Assembly: GCA_028534125.1 (NCBI GenBank)
Contig: CM052817.1
Location: forward strand, 39,062,001-39,126,000
Reading direction: 5' to 3'
DNA from: Lama glama
Lineage: Eukaryota
DNA: 64,000 bases
Shown: piece after piece, positions 12,336-25,150 of the stretch
How the letters are laid out: each line of letters begins with the position of its first letter
Position numbering within the stretch: position 1 is the first letter of the stretch
Notes under the pieces: generated by a model
Seen by the model: the letters and a program-made list of their open reading frames with translations, nothing else
What the model was told of the DNA's origin: nothing
Databases searched by the model: none
Position numbers and translations under genes: made by a program

Positions 12336-13679
12336 TCTAGGCTAAGTTCCAAGAGGGCAGGATTCTATTTCTTTTGTTGGTTTCTGTATTTCCAGTGCCT
12401 ACTGAGTAGTTTAATGGAAAAGCAAAATGAATTGCCTTTTGGAAAGTGGGCTTTATGGAAATGTGAAAAGGTTTAGAGAAGTTCTAGCTTTATATTTCTG
12501 CAAAAAAAAAAAAAGCGACCAGAACAATGTAGACTCCAAGGAGAAAACCAGATATGGTAAACTATTGGTAGTTTGAAGAGGAGGGGCCCCTTCAACACAC
12601 ACACATTGCATTTCTCTGGTGAAGGGCTATTACAGGTCCTGAAGTCTTATGCTTTCCTGAGCATGGGACCCACGACTCCTTCTGAGGTGTTCCTTGACCG
12701 TTGTGTAAATGGTGAGAATAGCATTACAAGTTTGAAAGTAGGACTGCTGTTCCTATTTCTACAGTTTATGGTCCCTTCCTGGATATGCATTAATGTAGAA
12801 TATTTGTGTAGAAAAATGTGAACCAAAAGTTTAAGTTTGATTATTCACCCTTTAGTTCATTATCTGGGGGATTAGGTCACTTCTGTGGTGGGAATTAGCC
12901 TGTTTTCCCCTTTGGAAATTTACTTTTAGTAATTTAGGCACATTGTATGTCTCAAGGGAAAAGGCTGGCTACTCAGTTTCCTAGTGAGAGCTGGATATTG
13001 TATTCTGTCATATAACCTGATTTTAGAACTTGGGAACTTACTCAGGAACAGAAGTCAAGGTGAAGTTGTTAATTATACTTTCTATTCCATCTGTGCTGAA
13101 ATTGGGGAAGACGCACAACCTGGACAGTGGACTTGACCCAGCTGTAGGTAGCCTAAACAAAGAGGGGTGCTTTACTTTTCTCCCTGGTTTCTCTGGTTTT
13201 GCTGATATTCCGTAGATTTCACAATGATCTTGTTTGCCCACATTTTTCTTTCTTGTTGTTGTTGTAGATCTCATAGTTATTATTCCTCCAAATTTTTCGC
13301 AAAAGTAAACTCCAACAACATTTCTTGCATCTTCTTCACACCTCCCCCACAGAAACCCCCCAAAGCTATCAACAATCTCCTCAACTTTCATTTTTGTCTT
13401 TATCTTCATTTGTTGGTAAAAAGGCAGGAAGAGTTGCCTCTTTGCTGGGACATAGGTGTCAGGATGTCTTAGGAGGATGAGCTAGGCAGGAGGGCAAGTA
13501 GTGGGTTCCAAAAGAGTGAATGGAGCTAGAATGGGTTAGGTACACAAGTAAGAGATTTAGTTGGGGAAAGTCAACTACGTTGGAAAGACCATTATATATT
13601 TGTAGGGTTCAGAGTTCAGGAGATCTGAGTTTCAAAAATAGTGGTGCTAGTCCTCTCTCTCAGATCTCCCCACAGCTCA

Positions 13680-13990
13680 TTCTTTCTCACCATTTGGGTT
13701 TCTGTTGGGAGACCTCCCTGACCACTTAATCTAAAATTGCTCTCCTCATCTCCCATAACTTTGAATCCTTTATTCCTGCTTTATTTTTCATTATTGCTGA
13801 TCACTACTAGAAATAATTTAACTAATTGATTTTCTTACTTATTTATTGTCTCACTAAACATAAGATACATGAAGGTAGCAACTTTGCTTTGTTAACTTCT
13901 GTAGCCACAGCACATACAATTGTACCAGCCCAAGAGTAGACATTGGCTGGATGTTCATTGTGTGCATGAATAAATGAGTGAATGAGGGAG
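13680..13990 (+). mobile_element. L2 3' end
   Basis: gagacctccctgaccacttaatctaaaattgc...tgaataaatgagtgaatga. Confidence 0.75.
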
Positions 13991-14599
13991 AGAATAAAAC
14001 ATAATCCTGTTTGTCATCTTATAAAGGAAGCTGTCTAATCTGTGATAATCTTTACCATATATTATCTTCAAAGAAGAGCACACTAATTATTTTGAAAAAT
14101 AGACTAAATAGGCAACAACTTTTTGTATTCATAACAAATACAAAACTATTCTTCTCTGTTGGTCATAGATTAGCAGAAAGATGAGAATGGACAATACAAA
14201 TTCTGGAGTCCTTTATGCTGAGGAAACTCCTAGAGTTACCTGGGAGTGGTTAAACAGTTAAACCAGAGAAGAAGTTTCCTTTGAGTTGACAGAAAAAGCC
14301 TTATCAGGTGAGGTCCAGAAGGTCTCAGTGGGAAACCCACAAATGGAATGATACATGAACGGCTCTCGGGCGAGCTGACAAACCAGAGGAACAGATTTTC
14401 TCTGAAAGGGATTGTGGGTAGTTTCTCAACATCACCATAGATACCTTTTGGTAAACACCTCAGCCCCGAGTAAAATGATGAAGCAGTAACATGATGAAAT
14501 CTCTGTTATTTCTAGTTATTTTTTTAGGGTAGATTGTTGAATTACTAGATCGAAGGGGATAAATATTTTAAATTGAATTAAAAGTTTTTTCTCCATATT

Positions 14600-14750
14600 A
14601 TCCTTTATTTTCTTCAGTTGAAGATAAAGGATAATAATATCTGTCCTGTTGACTTAACTAGTGTTGCCAGATGGTTTAAACTCATGTATGTAAAAGTGCT
14701 TTGTAAAACATATGGTGCTGAGCAAATACCAAATATGGTTTTTTATTATA
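14600..14750 (+). mobile_element. MIR 3' half
   Basis: ggataataatatct...gtatgtaaaagtgctttgtaaaac. Confidence 0.55.
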
Positions 14751-15684
14751 ATGTATATAGATTTTGCTCTCAGAAATACTATAAAACACTTTTTGGTGTC
14801 TAGGCATGTTTGAATTATGTGAGGAAAAGAGCAAATTTTCATTTAGGTATGCAACTGTGAAATAGGAAAGTATGGATATTTTGTTCAAAGTATTAAGAGG
14901 TTGATAGTATGTTATATGATGATGTTCAAAAGTACATACCTTGTCCAGAATTCTTTCTCCTACTTATTATTTCTAGTGCATCTATACCTGATGGTAGGCC
15001 CCCTGACAGTCTTAGCAAGTGAATCACTAGCTACTGGGCAGGCATTGGGAGAGCTCTGGAGTGAAAGAGTGTGGAGTTGCCAAAGTGAGCTGATTGTAAT
15101 CAGTGTTCTGTAATTAATGCAGGGATGTGTTCTTCTGTTCTTTTTAGTATTGATGGGAGATAATGCTTAGCAAATGGAGAGATGGATGAACCTCTTTGAG
15201 TGGTCCTCTTGGAGGTATCATAGATGTTTCTAGTATCTAGTTATGCCCCTGGCTTTACAAAGCAGTACATTCATGAAGTCTTCACCATGAGGGGACTTAG
15301 CGAAGTTACAGCAAAATTCTTCACCTCTGTAGATAGCACCACCACTAACTCATGACAGCAACTAAGAGTCACACTTAGTCTATTTCCTGCACTCAAATTA
15401 CAGATCACTAACTCTTATCAGTTCTGCTTCCAAAACATCTGGAATCTATCTACTTCTTTTTACCGTACTGCCATCACCCTAGTCAGAGCGTCATTATTTC
15501 TCATCTGGGAATTGCTTTAGCCTTGTCTTGTCTTCCCAATTCCACATTCATTTCCTTACAATCCATTCTCTGCCCAACTGTTATTATGAATGATCTTTTA
15601 AAAACATAAAGCAAATTATATCATCCTTCAGCTTAAACCTTCAACAGTACCTCATTGCTCTTTGAATAAAACCAACCTCCTTAA

Positions 15685-16462
15685 GAAAGGGGAACCCTCC
15701 TACACTGCTGGTGGGAATGCAGTTTGGTGCAGCCACTGTGGAAAACAGTGTGGAGATTCCTCAAAAGACTAGGAATAGACTTACCATATGACCCAGGAAT
15801 CCCACTCCTGGGCTTGTATCCANNNNNNNNNNNNNNNNNNNNNNNNNNNNNNNNNNNNNNNNNNNNNNNNNNNNNNNNNNNNNNNNNNNNNNNNNNNNNN
15901 NNNNNNNNNNNNNNNNNNNNNNNNNNNNNNNNNNNNNNNNNNNNNNNNNNNNNNNNNNNNNNNNNNNNNNNNNNNNNNNNNNNNNNNNNNNNNNNNNNNN
16001 NNNNNNNNNNNNNNNNNNNNNNNNNNNNNNNNNNNNNNNNNNNNNNNNNNNNNNNNNNNNNNNNNNNNNNNNNNNNNNNNNNNNNNNNNNNNNNNNNNNN
16101 NNNNNNNNNNNNNNNNNNNNNNNNNNNNNNNNNNNNNNNNNNNNNNNNNNNNNNNNNNNNNNNNNNNNNNNNNNNNNNNNNNNNNNNNNNNNNNNNNNNN
16201 NNNNNNNNNNNNNNNNNNNNNNNNNNNNNNNNNNNNNNNNNNNNNNNNNNNNNNNNNNNNNNNNNNNNNNNNNNNNNNNNNNNNNNNNNNNNNNNNNNNN
16301 NNNNNNNNNNNNNNNNNNNNNNTAAATCACAGAGAAAAAAATGTGACAATGAGTGTGTATATGTCCATGAATGACTGAAAAATTGTGCTGAACTCTGGAA
16401 TTTGACACAACATTGTAAAATGATTATAAATCAATAAAAAATGTTAAAAAAAACTAAAAAAA
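15685..16462 (+). mobile_element. Young camelid L1, 5'-truncated, containing the assembly gap
   Basis: ORF2 C-terminus [33 protein letters not shown]. aataaa plus poly(A). Perfect 17-bp TSD aaaaccaacctccttaa at 15668-15684 and 16463-16479. Confidence 0.95.
15823..16322. other. Assembly gap, exactly 500 N
   Basis: Read directly. Confidence 1.
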
Positions 16463-18849
16463 AAAACCAACCTCCTTAAAATGGCCTACAAGGTCCTGGA
16501 TGCTTTGTCACCCCATTTTATACCTCTTTCTGCACCCCAGCCAACCAGTCTCTTTTCCAGTCCTCTGGCCCAGCAAGCCCTCTTGTGCCATGAGGCTTTC
16601 CTGCACGCTGTTCCCTCAGCCTTCAGTGCTCTTCCCCAGCTCTTTGTGTGGTAGCTTATCTTCATGCTTCACTTTCCACTCAAATGACCCCTACTCAGAG
16701 AGGTTCTCTCTAACCACCCAACATAAACTGGCCTCCTCTATGACCATCTCAGCACCATTTCCCTCATAGCACTTATCACAATGTGTAAGCATATTTAAAA
16801 AATCTATTTACTTGCCTAATTCCTCTCTCCCCTCTTAGAGTATAAACACCCGAGGTTAGGTTTCTCATACTCACGATGCTGACCGTAAAGCTTAGCAAAC
16901 TGTATGGCATGCGGTAAGTGCTCAATGACTGAATGAATGAATGCGTTCAAATGTGTTTTATTCTATCAGTTAAATTTGTTGAATGGGCAGCTAGAAGCAA
17001 TAATATGTGATACTTAGCTGGAATTGGTGAGGAAGCAGTGTGGGAGAGTGGGAAGTTTTGTGGATAACGACTCAGGAGCTCTCATTTTTATTCCTGAATC
17101 TGTGATCAGTAAGCTTTGTAACCTCTCTAAGCTCTACTTTCTGTATCTGGACAGCAGTTTCAAGCTCTGATATTTATAGGGTTCTTTAGATAGGTTGAGG
17201 GAGATCTATCTGAAGTAAGATGCTCTTAAACTTTTGCAACATAGGTACCCTTAAAATTTAATGGTAGTCAGTCAGTGACCTTTAAATGGGGTATCCCTTC
17301 TGAGAATCAAAAGGTGCAGTGTCAAGGCTGCACCCAAGTCTCATTGGATATTTCGGGATATTATTTCCAACTTTAATCCTTTAGTGATTGTGAAGAAGGG
17401 ATGTCTCTCTAGATTATTTAAGGATCCTGAGGAATGAGACTTGCCCATGCTAAATGGGAATGGAGGGACTGCCTTGAAATTTATTTATCTTTTGGGCTGG
17501 TTTCCTTAATGTACATCTAGAGGGTTTTGAACAAATTTCTTAAGAGAACTACTCTTTGAAAAAACCAAAACCATTTTTGTTGCTGTAATGTGGAATTTGA
17601 CTGCAAAGAAGAGAGACATATCCTCTCCTGGCATTTTTGATAGAGGCACACCTTAAATGATGAGTTACAGAAAGGAAAGTTGAAATATACTATCACAGTA
17701 TTCTGGGAATACCTCTGAAGTATTTATCAGAATGAGATTTTAGGAATGCTTAGAAGTCCTTGCATTGCCAATTCTGTTCTCTCACTAGAAGTGTAGATGA
17801 TTTTTCTTTTCCGTTTGAGTTTAGATATAATAAACTCTTTGAAAAAACAAAGTTGCTAATAATTTCTTACAGTTTTTGTGGTAGTATTACCTAACTAAAC
17901 ATTTTGTGTTGCCTTTACGATAATTGGGAAGGGATTGATACATTACATATAAGACCAGGTCTCAAATATTTAGTTGCCAATTCTTTACTAGATCTTTTAT
18001 TATCCTGTATCTATGAATGTTTTCCCTGGGCTAATAAATTCTTAGATTACTAACATTAGCTTTAATGCTATTTGTAATGTTAATTAGAGGCATCTTAAAG
18101 TCTCAAAGCAGGCTGCACTGTCTAGATTAGATCTTAACCTAATCGGCAGCTTAATTCTGTTGCTCCCACTTTACGAAAGAAGAAATTGAGGAAAAGAGAA
18201 GGGATATAATTTAGTCTGTGCTCTAGAGAATGTCAGTAATAGAGTGGAAGACAAGGAATTAGAGTCACCAGGGCCCTGAGTGGTTGAGTTGCCCTTATCA
18301 GACTTTAGATAATTTACACTCATGCAATGAGGAATTAATCCCACCATGAAAAATTATTGATTTAGACTTGTGATCAGGAACAGGCAATGGAGCAGGAGAT
18401 GGAGTGGGCAGTGGTATAGTGCCTCAAACAGCTGTGATTAATCTTGGAGACATGGAGGTGCAGAGGGAATTGCTAAGGAGGAAGATGAAGCAAGGCTTGA
18501 GGGGTGCATGAACGTTCTTCTTAGATAATAGCTTTGGGATTTCTGTGTTGAACTGGAAGAGACTCTACGTGCATGTCCCCACTCAACTGTACATACTCTC
18601 TGCTGAACCCTCCAGGGGCCTCTTTTCCTGTCGTTACTCCTACTCATTTCAGTATGGTTTTACCTCCTTAGCTAGTTGATGCATACATAGTGGGGTCTAC
18701 AGTCATCGTCATGTAGATGCCAAATACATGTTGAACTAAAAACAAAGTAAAAGTCCCTGAGTAGGTCCTAGACAGAAATAATTTTTATTTGGTCCTTTGG
18801 TGATAGCAAAGCCAGATTAGACAACTTACTCTGTTTAAGAAGAAACTCC

Positions 18850-21115
18850 TTCACATGCATTAGGATGGCTAGTATTAAAAAAAACCCCAAACAAACAGAA
18901 ATTAAGTGTTGATGAGGATGTGGAGAAATTGGAGCACTTGGGCACTGCTGGTAGGAATGTAAAATGGTGCAAATACTATGGAAAAGACTATGACAGTTCC
19001 TCAAAAAATTAAAAATGGAATTTCCATGTGATCTAGCCATTGCACTCCTGGTTATACACTCAAAGGAATTGAAAGCAGGAAATTTAACTAAATTAACTAA
19101 GTTGAAAGGAGATGAAAGATCTGTACATTGAAAACCGTGGGACGTTGATTAAGAAAATAAAGAAAATATAAGTAAATGGAAAGATTCCATGTTCACAGAT
19201 TGGAAGACATAATATTATTAAAATGTCCTTACTACTGGAAGTGATCTATGGATTCAATATAATTCTTATCAAAATTCCAATGGAATTTTTCACAGAAAGA
19301 GAATAAACAATCCTAAAATGTATATGGAATGACAAAAAACCTCAAAAAGTCAAAGCAGTCTTGAGAAACAACAAAGCTGGAGACGTCACATTTTCTGATT
19401 TTAAACTGTATCATGAAGTGGTAGTAAACTAAACTATGATGGTATTGGCATCAAAACAGACATACAGGTCAAGGCAACAGAATAAACAGTCCAGAAATAA
19501 ACCTATGCATATATGGTCAGTTGATTTACAACAAAGAAGCCAAGAATATACAGCGAGGAAAGGATAGTCTTTTCAATAAATGATGTTCAGAAAACTGGAC
19601 CCCTATATGCAAAAGAATGAAACTGGACACTAATTTATACCATACCTCCGAATCAACTCAAAATAGATTAAAGACTTGAGCATTTTACCTGAAACCATAA
19701 AACCTGAAGAAAACATAGGGGATAAGCTCTTTCACATTGGTCTTGGAAATGATTTTTTGGATTCGACATCAAAAGCAAAGGCAACGAAAGCAAAAAAAAT
19801 GAGTGGGACTACATCAGACTAAAAAGATTCTGCACAGCAAGGAAAACCATCAGCAAAACAAAAAGTCAGCCTATGGAATGGGAAAAAATATTTGCCAACC
19901 ACAGATCCAATAAGGAGTCAATATCCAAAATATTCAAGGAACTCACATAAATCAGTAGCAAAAAGCAAAATAACCCAATTGAAAAATAGGCAAAAGGCCT
20001 GAACAGACATTTTTTCAGGAAAAAGTATGCATAGCCAACAGGTACATGAAAAGGTGCTCAATATCACTAATCATCAGAGAAATATAAATGAAAACTACAA
20101 TAACATATCACCTCATACCTGTTAAAGTGGCTATTATCATAAATACAAGAGATAACAAATGCTGGCGAGGATATGGAGAAAAGAGAATCCTTGCGCTCTC
20201 TTGGTGGGAATGTAAATTGGTGCAGCCACTATGGAACAGTATGGAGATTTCTCACGAAATTAAAAGTAGAAGTAGCATATGATCCAGCAGTCTGACTTCT
20301 TGGTATATATATCCAAAGGAAATGAAATCATTATCTTTAAAAGATGTCTGTACTCCCATATTCACTGCAGCATTATTCACAATAGCCAATAGGTTTGGTA
20401 AAGAGTACAGACTTCCAGTTATAATATGAATAAGGTCTGAGGGTCTAACATACTAAAAAAGAAAGGTAAATGAAATACCTGAGGGGATAGATTTGTTAAT
20501 TAATTCAATGTATTTGTATATCAAGTCATCATGTTGTACGTTTTAAATATCTTACAATTTTGTCAATTAAACTTCAATTAAAGCTGATAAAAATGAATTG
20601 AAAGCAGGGATTTGAATAGATAGTTGTATATACAACTCTTCATAGCAGCATTATTCACAGTAGGCAAAAGGTGGAAGCAACCCAACTATCCATCAACAGA
20701 TGAGTGAATAAACAAAATGTGATATATACATATAATGGAATATTATTCAACCTTAAAACGGAAGTAATTCTGACACCTGTTATGACATGGATGAACCTTG
20801 AAGACATTGTGCTAAGTAAAAAGGAAAAGTATTGTATGATTTCACTTATGTGAGTTCCTTAGAGGAATCAAATTCATAGAGATGGAAAGTACAATGGTAG
20901 GTGTCAGGGGCTGAAGGGATGAGGGAACAGGGAGTTGTTCAGGGGGTACTGTTTCAGTCTGGGAAGATGAAGAAAGTTCTGGAGATGGATGGTGGTGATG
21001 ATTGTACAACATAGTGAATATAGCTAATGCCACTGAACTTCCTACTTAAAAACGATAAAAATGGTGTATTTTACATTATGTGCATTAAACGTTTTTTAAA
21101 ATTAAAATTATAAAA
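18850..21115 (+). mobile_element. L1MB-like 3' end (outer element; pieces about 18850-19079 and 20595-21115)
   Basis: aagtgttgatgaggatgtggagaaattgga... resumes after the insert. 3' UTR gaagaaagttctggagatggatggtggtgatg...gccactgaact. Confidence 0.85.
19080..20594 (+). mobile_element. L1MA9-like ORF2 3' part plus internally deleted 3' UTR, nested in L1MB
   Basis: Disrupted ORF2 remnant (TRDNKCWRGYGEK; ECKLVQPLW). 14-bp TSD gaattgaaagcagg at 19066-19079 and 20595-20608. Confidence 0.9.
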
Positions 21116-21671
21116 GGAAGAAACTAAAAGGAACTGTTGCAAGAGAGGGTCTTTAACATTTCCTTTTCAGGTACATGTGATGACCTTCATAGTGACAAGG
21201 GCCTGGCATGCCTATTAGAAGGCTAAGGACAAGGCCAGGTGAGAAGAGCCACACTTTGAGAACTGGTGTTGTTTATTTTTGTTTCTGAAGTGTGATCTTG
21301 CTCCAGGCATTTAGTTATCATTCATATTATGGTAAAATGCCTCCCCAGTCTTAAAATTGATCATAATACTCAAGCCCATTATTATGTCCATCACCCTTGC
21401 TCTGATGAAATCTGCCTTTATATTATTATTAGAGAAAGTGGTGATATTTATTTATTTATTTTCATTTTTCAGTTTTATTAGGGAGAATTGTTACAATTTG
21501 ACTGTACGTGTACAATATATTGCATGTAAATACTTATACACAATATACTGCACATATTTCTTTAAATTTACATATATGTACTATTCATTGTTTCTAAGAA
21601 CGTTTAGAGCTTTAGCTTTTTAAACTTACAAGTTATCAAAGGAATAAAGCCAACCACAAAATAAGGATTAA

Positions 21672-21845
21672 TTAAAAAAGATACATACACCCCGCTATTA
21701 ATGGCAATATTATTTATAATGGCCAAGATATGGAAGCATCCTAAGTGTGCATCAGTAGATGAATGGATTAAGAAGATGCAGCATGTATATGTAATGGAAT
21801 ACAACTCATCCATAAGAAAGAAGGATATTTTGCTATTTGCAGCCC
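21672..21845 (+). mobile_element. L1 ORF2 C-terminal fragment inside a larger TSD-flanked insert
   Basis: Translates as AILFIMAKIWKHPKCASVDEWIKKMQHVYVMEYNSSIRKKDILLFAA. Confidence 0.85.
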
Positions 21846-21939
21846 TTCATTCACTTCTTTTTTTTTTTTGGAAAAATGGTGATTTTTAGATCTTTTGTTT
21901 CTTTTTTTTCTCTTTCATTTGCCAACAAAAGAGTTGTCA

Positions 21940-22380
21940 AAAGTAATGTTTGTAATAATTTAACGGATTATTTGCTTATTAGATATTAATCATTCTGCCG
22001 TGCCTAGGGCCCATGCTGGTGCTTTGCTGCTAGAACAGTGATTCTGATCTCAATTAGATTATGTCTCTCTCCTTTACCTCCCCATAAATCATTCCGGCAA
22101 ACTGAAATTAACAGCTACTGGAGCGCATTAATAATCTGCCTCACACATTGGAAAATGCATTAGCCGGAACCCTCCCATCGCTCTGACTGTTAAGCACATC
22201 ATTTTGTTTATGAAATATAAACATTTCATGGAAGAGCTCTCCCACATTTCTCTGGGCCCGTGACAGCTAAAATGATTGCACACAATTGCCAGTCAGTCAT
22301 GCGCCCAAATAAAGTTTGTTTAAAGTGAAGGTTCTGTGACTGCCCCATTTTCGCAGGCATTTAAAAACCTACATTAAAAA
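21940..22380. promoter_or_regulatory. Putative conserved non-coding enhancer
   Basis: Repeat-free, retains CpGs, many TAAT cores. TGATTTATGG on the minus strand at 22082-22091, TGATTAAT on the minus strand at 21985-21992, TGACAG at 22261. Conservation is inferred, not measured. Confidence 0.5.
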
Positions 22381-22409
22381 AAAAAAGAAATCCTCTATGA
22401 TCATGAAAA

Positions 22410-22660
22410 CAGTAATAATAGTACCTAAAATTGATACCTCCTGTGTACAGTCCTTTGCATGGTTTACAAAGCGCTTTTGCTTTCTTATGCCTGTGAGCCT
22501 GCAGGGTGCTATTATTATTCACATTTTATCTTCTCCCATAGGGAAACTAAGGCTGAGAGGTGATTTGATCAAGGTCACACAGCAAGTGGTGGGAGGTCTA
22601 GAGTCCAGGATTTGACGTAAGTCCCATGTTTTTTTTCAATGTTCTGCATTCTCTACTGCA
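22410..22660 (-). mobile_element. MIR SINE
   Basis: gggaaactaaggctgagagg...caaggtcacacagcaagtggt. Confidence 0.75.
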
Positions 22661-22679
22661 AACCACACTCTATTTCTAT

Positions 22680-25150
22680 TTGTTAAATACAATGCAGCCA
22701 GGTGTCCTTTGTGGAGAAATAAGTGATCTGCCTTTATTCTGACAGATTAAAGAGCAAAACCAAGAAAAATTAGAGGTAAATGGATTATTTTCTTTGTTTT
22801 CATATACTGCACTTAGTTATTGCATCAGTTACATCCTGCTGTACAATTCAGTGATGATGTGCACAGCAGATTATTTAAAATGAAGATCTGACATATTACC
22901 AACAGCATTTTTTTTTACTCCTGTATAGATAGCCTTTCTGGATGATTCAAGCACTTAAACACCCTCCTTAATTCAACAGCAAATATCTTAGTCTTAATTT
23001 TGACTTTAAGAAAAAGTCAGATGGCAGCAAAATTGATGGGTATCTTTTGTTGTTGTTATGCCCAAACAATCTTACTTAGGGAAGTAAACTGACTACCACT
23101 CAACTCATCTCTAAGATCACCAGCAGTACTGACTGCAGCATGTTTCAGATGATTTTATTGTGGCAGATAAATAACAGTCTTAGCTACCGAATGGCAGAAA
23201 CAAAAATATAAATATGTTGGAACTTTTAACAAATTTATTGACAGTGCAGACTTTGGAAAAATTTGCATCTGGTACCCATTGTTTTCATTTCTTATTGTTT
23301 CTTCACTCCTGAGGATTCCCAGAATTGTCACTTCCTAACTGTGTGGTTAACCTCGCTAAACTTTATCTAGAAAATAAAGATAATAACATACCCTCACTAT
23401 CTCAGACTTAATTTGAAGATTAAATGGGGAAACGTATGTGAAATGTGTCTGACTAGAAAATTCCTCAGAATTATATGATCATTTTTATCAGTTATTTTGT
23501 GGTCAAGCAGTTGAACAAATTCTTCCACAACGTGTTTTTTCTGAGGAGTTCAGATAGCTGAGAAGACAGGACGTGCAGCCTCTTGACAGATTGTTGACTG
23601 ATGCTACAGGCGCCTTCCTCCTTTTGTCCCCACCCTCCTAAAGACTCACTCATTCACTTGCTCACTGAATGAGAACAAGAACAGAGATGTCTTTTGCCTG
23701 ACTCCTCTAGTTTCATGAGTATGTGTTAATAGGCTAGAAGTACCCATGATTAGGTTTGAATACCAACCTGAAAAAAATGAAAATTTATTGATTGTAGACC
23801 TTCAAGAACTTTGAGAACATGACTGGTGTCTTTGGGATCCCAGTACCTAGCAGTGTTTGGCCTTCAGTAGGCATGCAATGAATGTTTGTTTCACGAATCG
23901 AAAAATGTCACCCATTTCAACATGCTTCCATTGCACAGAACGTTTTTCCATTCTCTGCTTTTAGGTTGCTTTTAGCGTGGGCTTACAGGTTATGGGAACA
24001 AACAAAGCCCCAGAAACCAAACCTGTTTCATTAGTCTCAGGCCAAACTAAAATTTTCAGGCTGGCCTCATTCACAAGTCTTGGCCAGTAATGTCTTTGTT
24101 TCAAAAGACTTTGCTCCCAAAAGGATTTGGGTTTGTCATGGTGATGATATTTAAATGACTGTGCAAAAGCTTTTTTAACAATGCATTATACCTCATAAAC
24201 ACATCTTGTGAACATGTATTATTACAAGTGTCTTACTTAAGCATTTTCATTAAGGGAAAGAAATACCATGCAGGTGAAAGTCAGTATGAGTTAAAATTTT
24301 AAAAATATGAACCTTAGACTTGATTGAAATCCATGTGTTTTGAAATACACTGGGAACATGTGGAATATTATTGTCTTTTTGCGTGAAACTATAGTGATGC
24401 ATTCTGTGAATGCTTATTAAGCATTATCTGGATCTTAATTATTGTTTTATGCCTCTGCACCCTGTAAAAGAAAGCACCATTGCAGTTTTCCAGAAGCCTT
24501 CAGTGGCAGGGTATTTAAGATCTTTCAAGCAATATTAATTTGGAGGTAAATAATTACTTTTAAAATGATGCATGAAATTAAGTAATTTTTGTACAATCTA
24601 TGCTACTCTTCAAGCGGTCTTTAATGAGTGCAATATAATAAAGCAATAATTGGATTGATAATGTATTTATCCTTCCTGTTAAAAGCTCTTTCTTCTGCCC
24701 AGCAATAGGAGAGGGTCATTTGGGAAGCGATCATTAAGTATGCGTGATACATACAATATTGCACAGACCTGCCAAGTATCTTTTGGAGAAGCAGCTTCTA
24801 TGCATGTGTAATAACCAATCTTCAAATGTCAAAGGTGCAGCCATTTTAAGAAAGAAATCCATATTTTGGACTAAATGTCATTTCAGATAACCAAGCAGTT
24901 TGAAAACTCCACGAGGATTTTTTAAAAAGAGGAAAAAAGCCAGATCCCCATAAGCTTTGACTTATTTATTTTTGCATTTCCATAAGTTGATCATGACTAA
25001 ACCAAACTTCCCAGAAAACTGAAAACAAAATTGTGCTCTGAGCTGAGACCTGGTGTTTCTTGCTTCACCCTAAAGGAAATCTTCAGTTTAGTTATAAATC
25101 CCTGCAAATCAGGTTTTATATTGGAAATGCTGAGAGGTTCTCTGCCATTT
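22680..25150. promoter_or_regulatory. Repeat-poor AT-rich block with possible conserved elements
   Basis: Dense TAAT/ATTA, TGACA and tggattgat motifs, especially at 24400-24980. Only short MIR and L2 relics (about 23320-23490 and 23790-23900). Confidence 0.35.

Larger units (their letters stand above)
15340..16945 (+). mobile_element. L2a 3' region split by a young L1
   Basis: ttccaaaacatctggaatctatctacttct...aatggcctacaaggtcctg...ctcaaatgacccctactcagagaggtt...gctcaatgactgaatgaatgaatg. Confidence 0.85.

Noticed and set aside
15681..16408. Four ORFs of about 200 aa
   Set aside because: They are artefacts of translating through the 500-N gap; the real residues are L1 ORF2 or 3' UTR.
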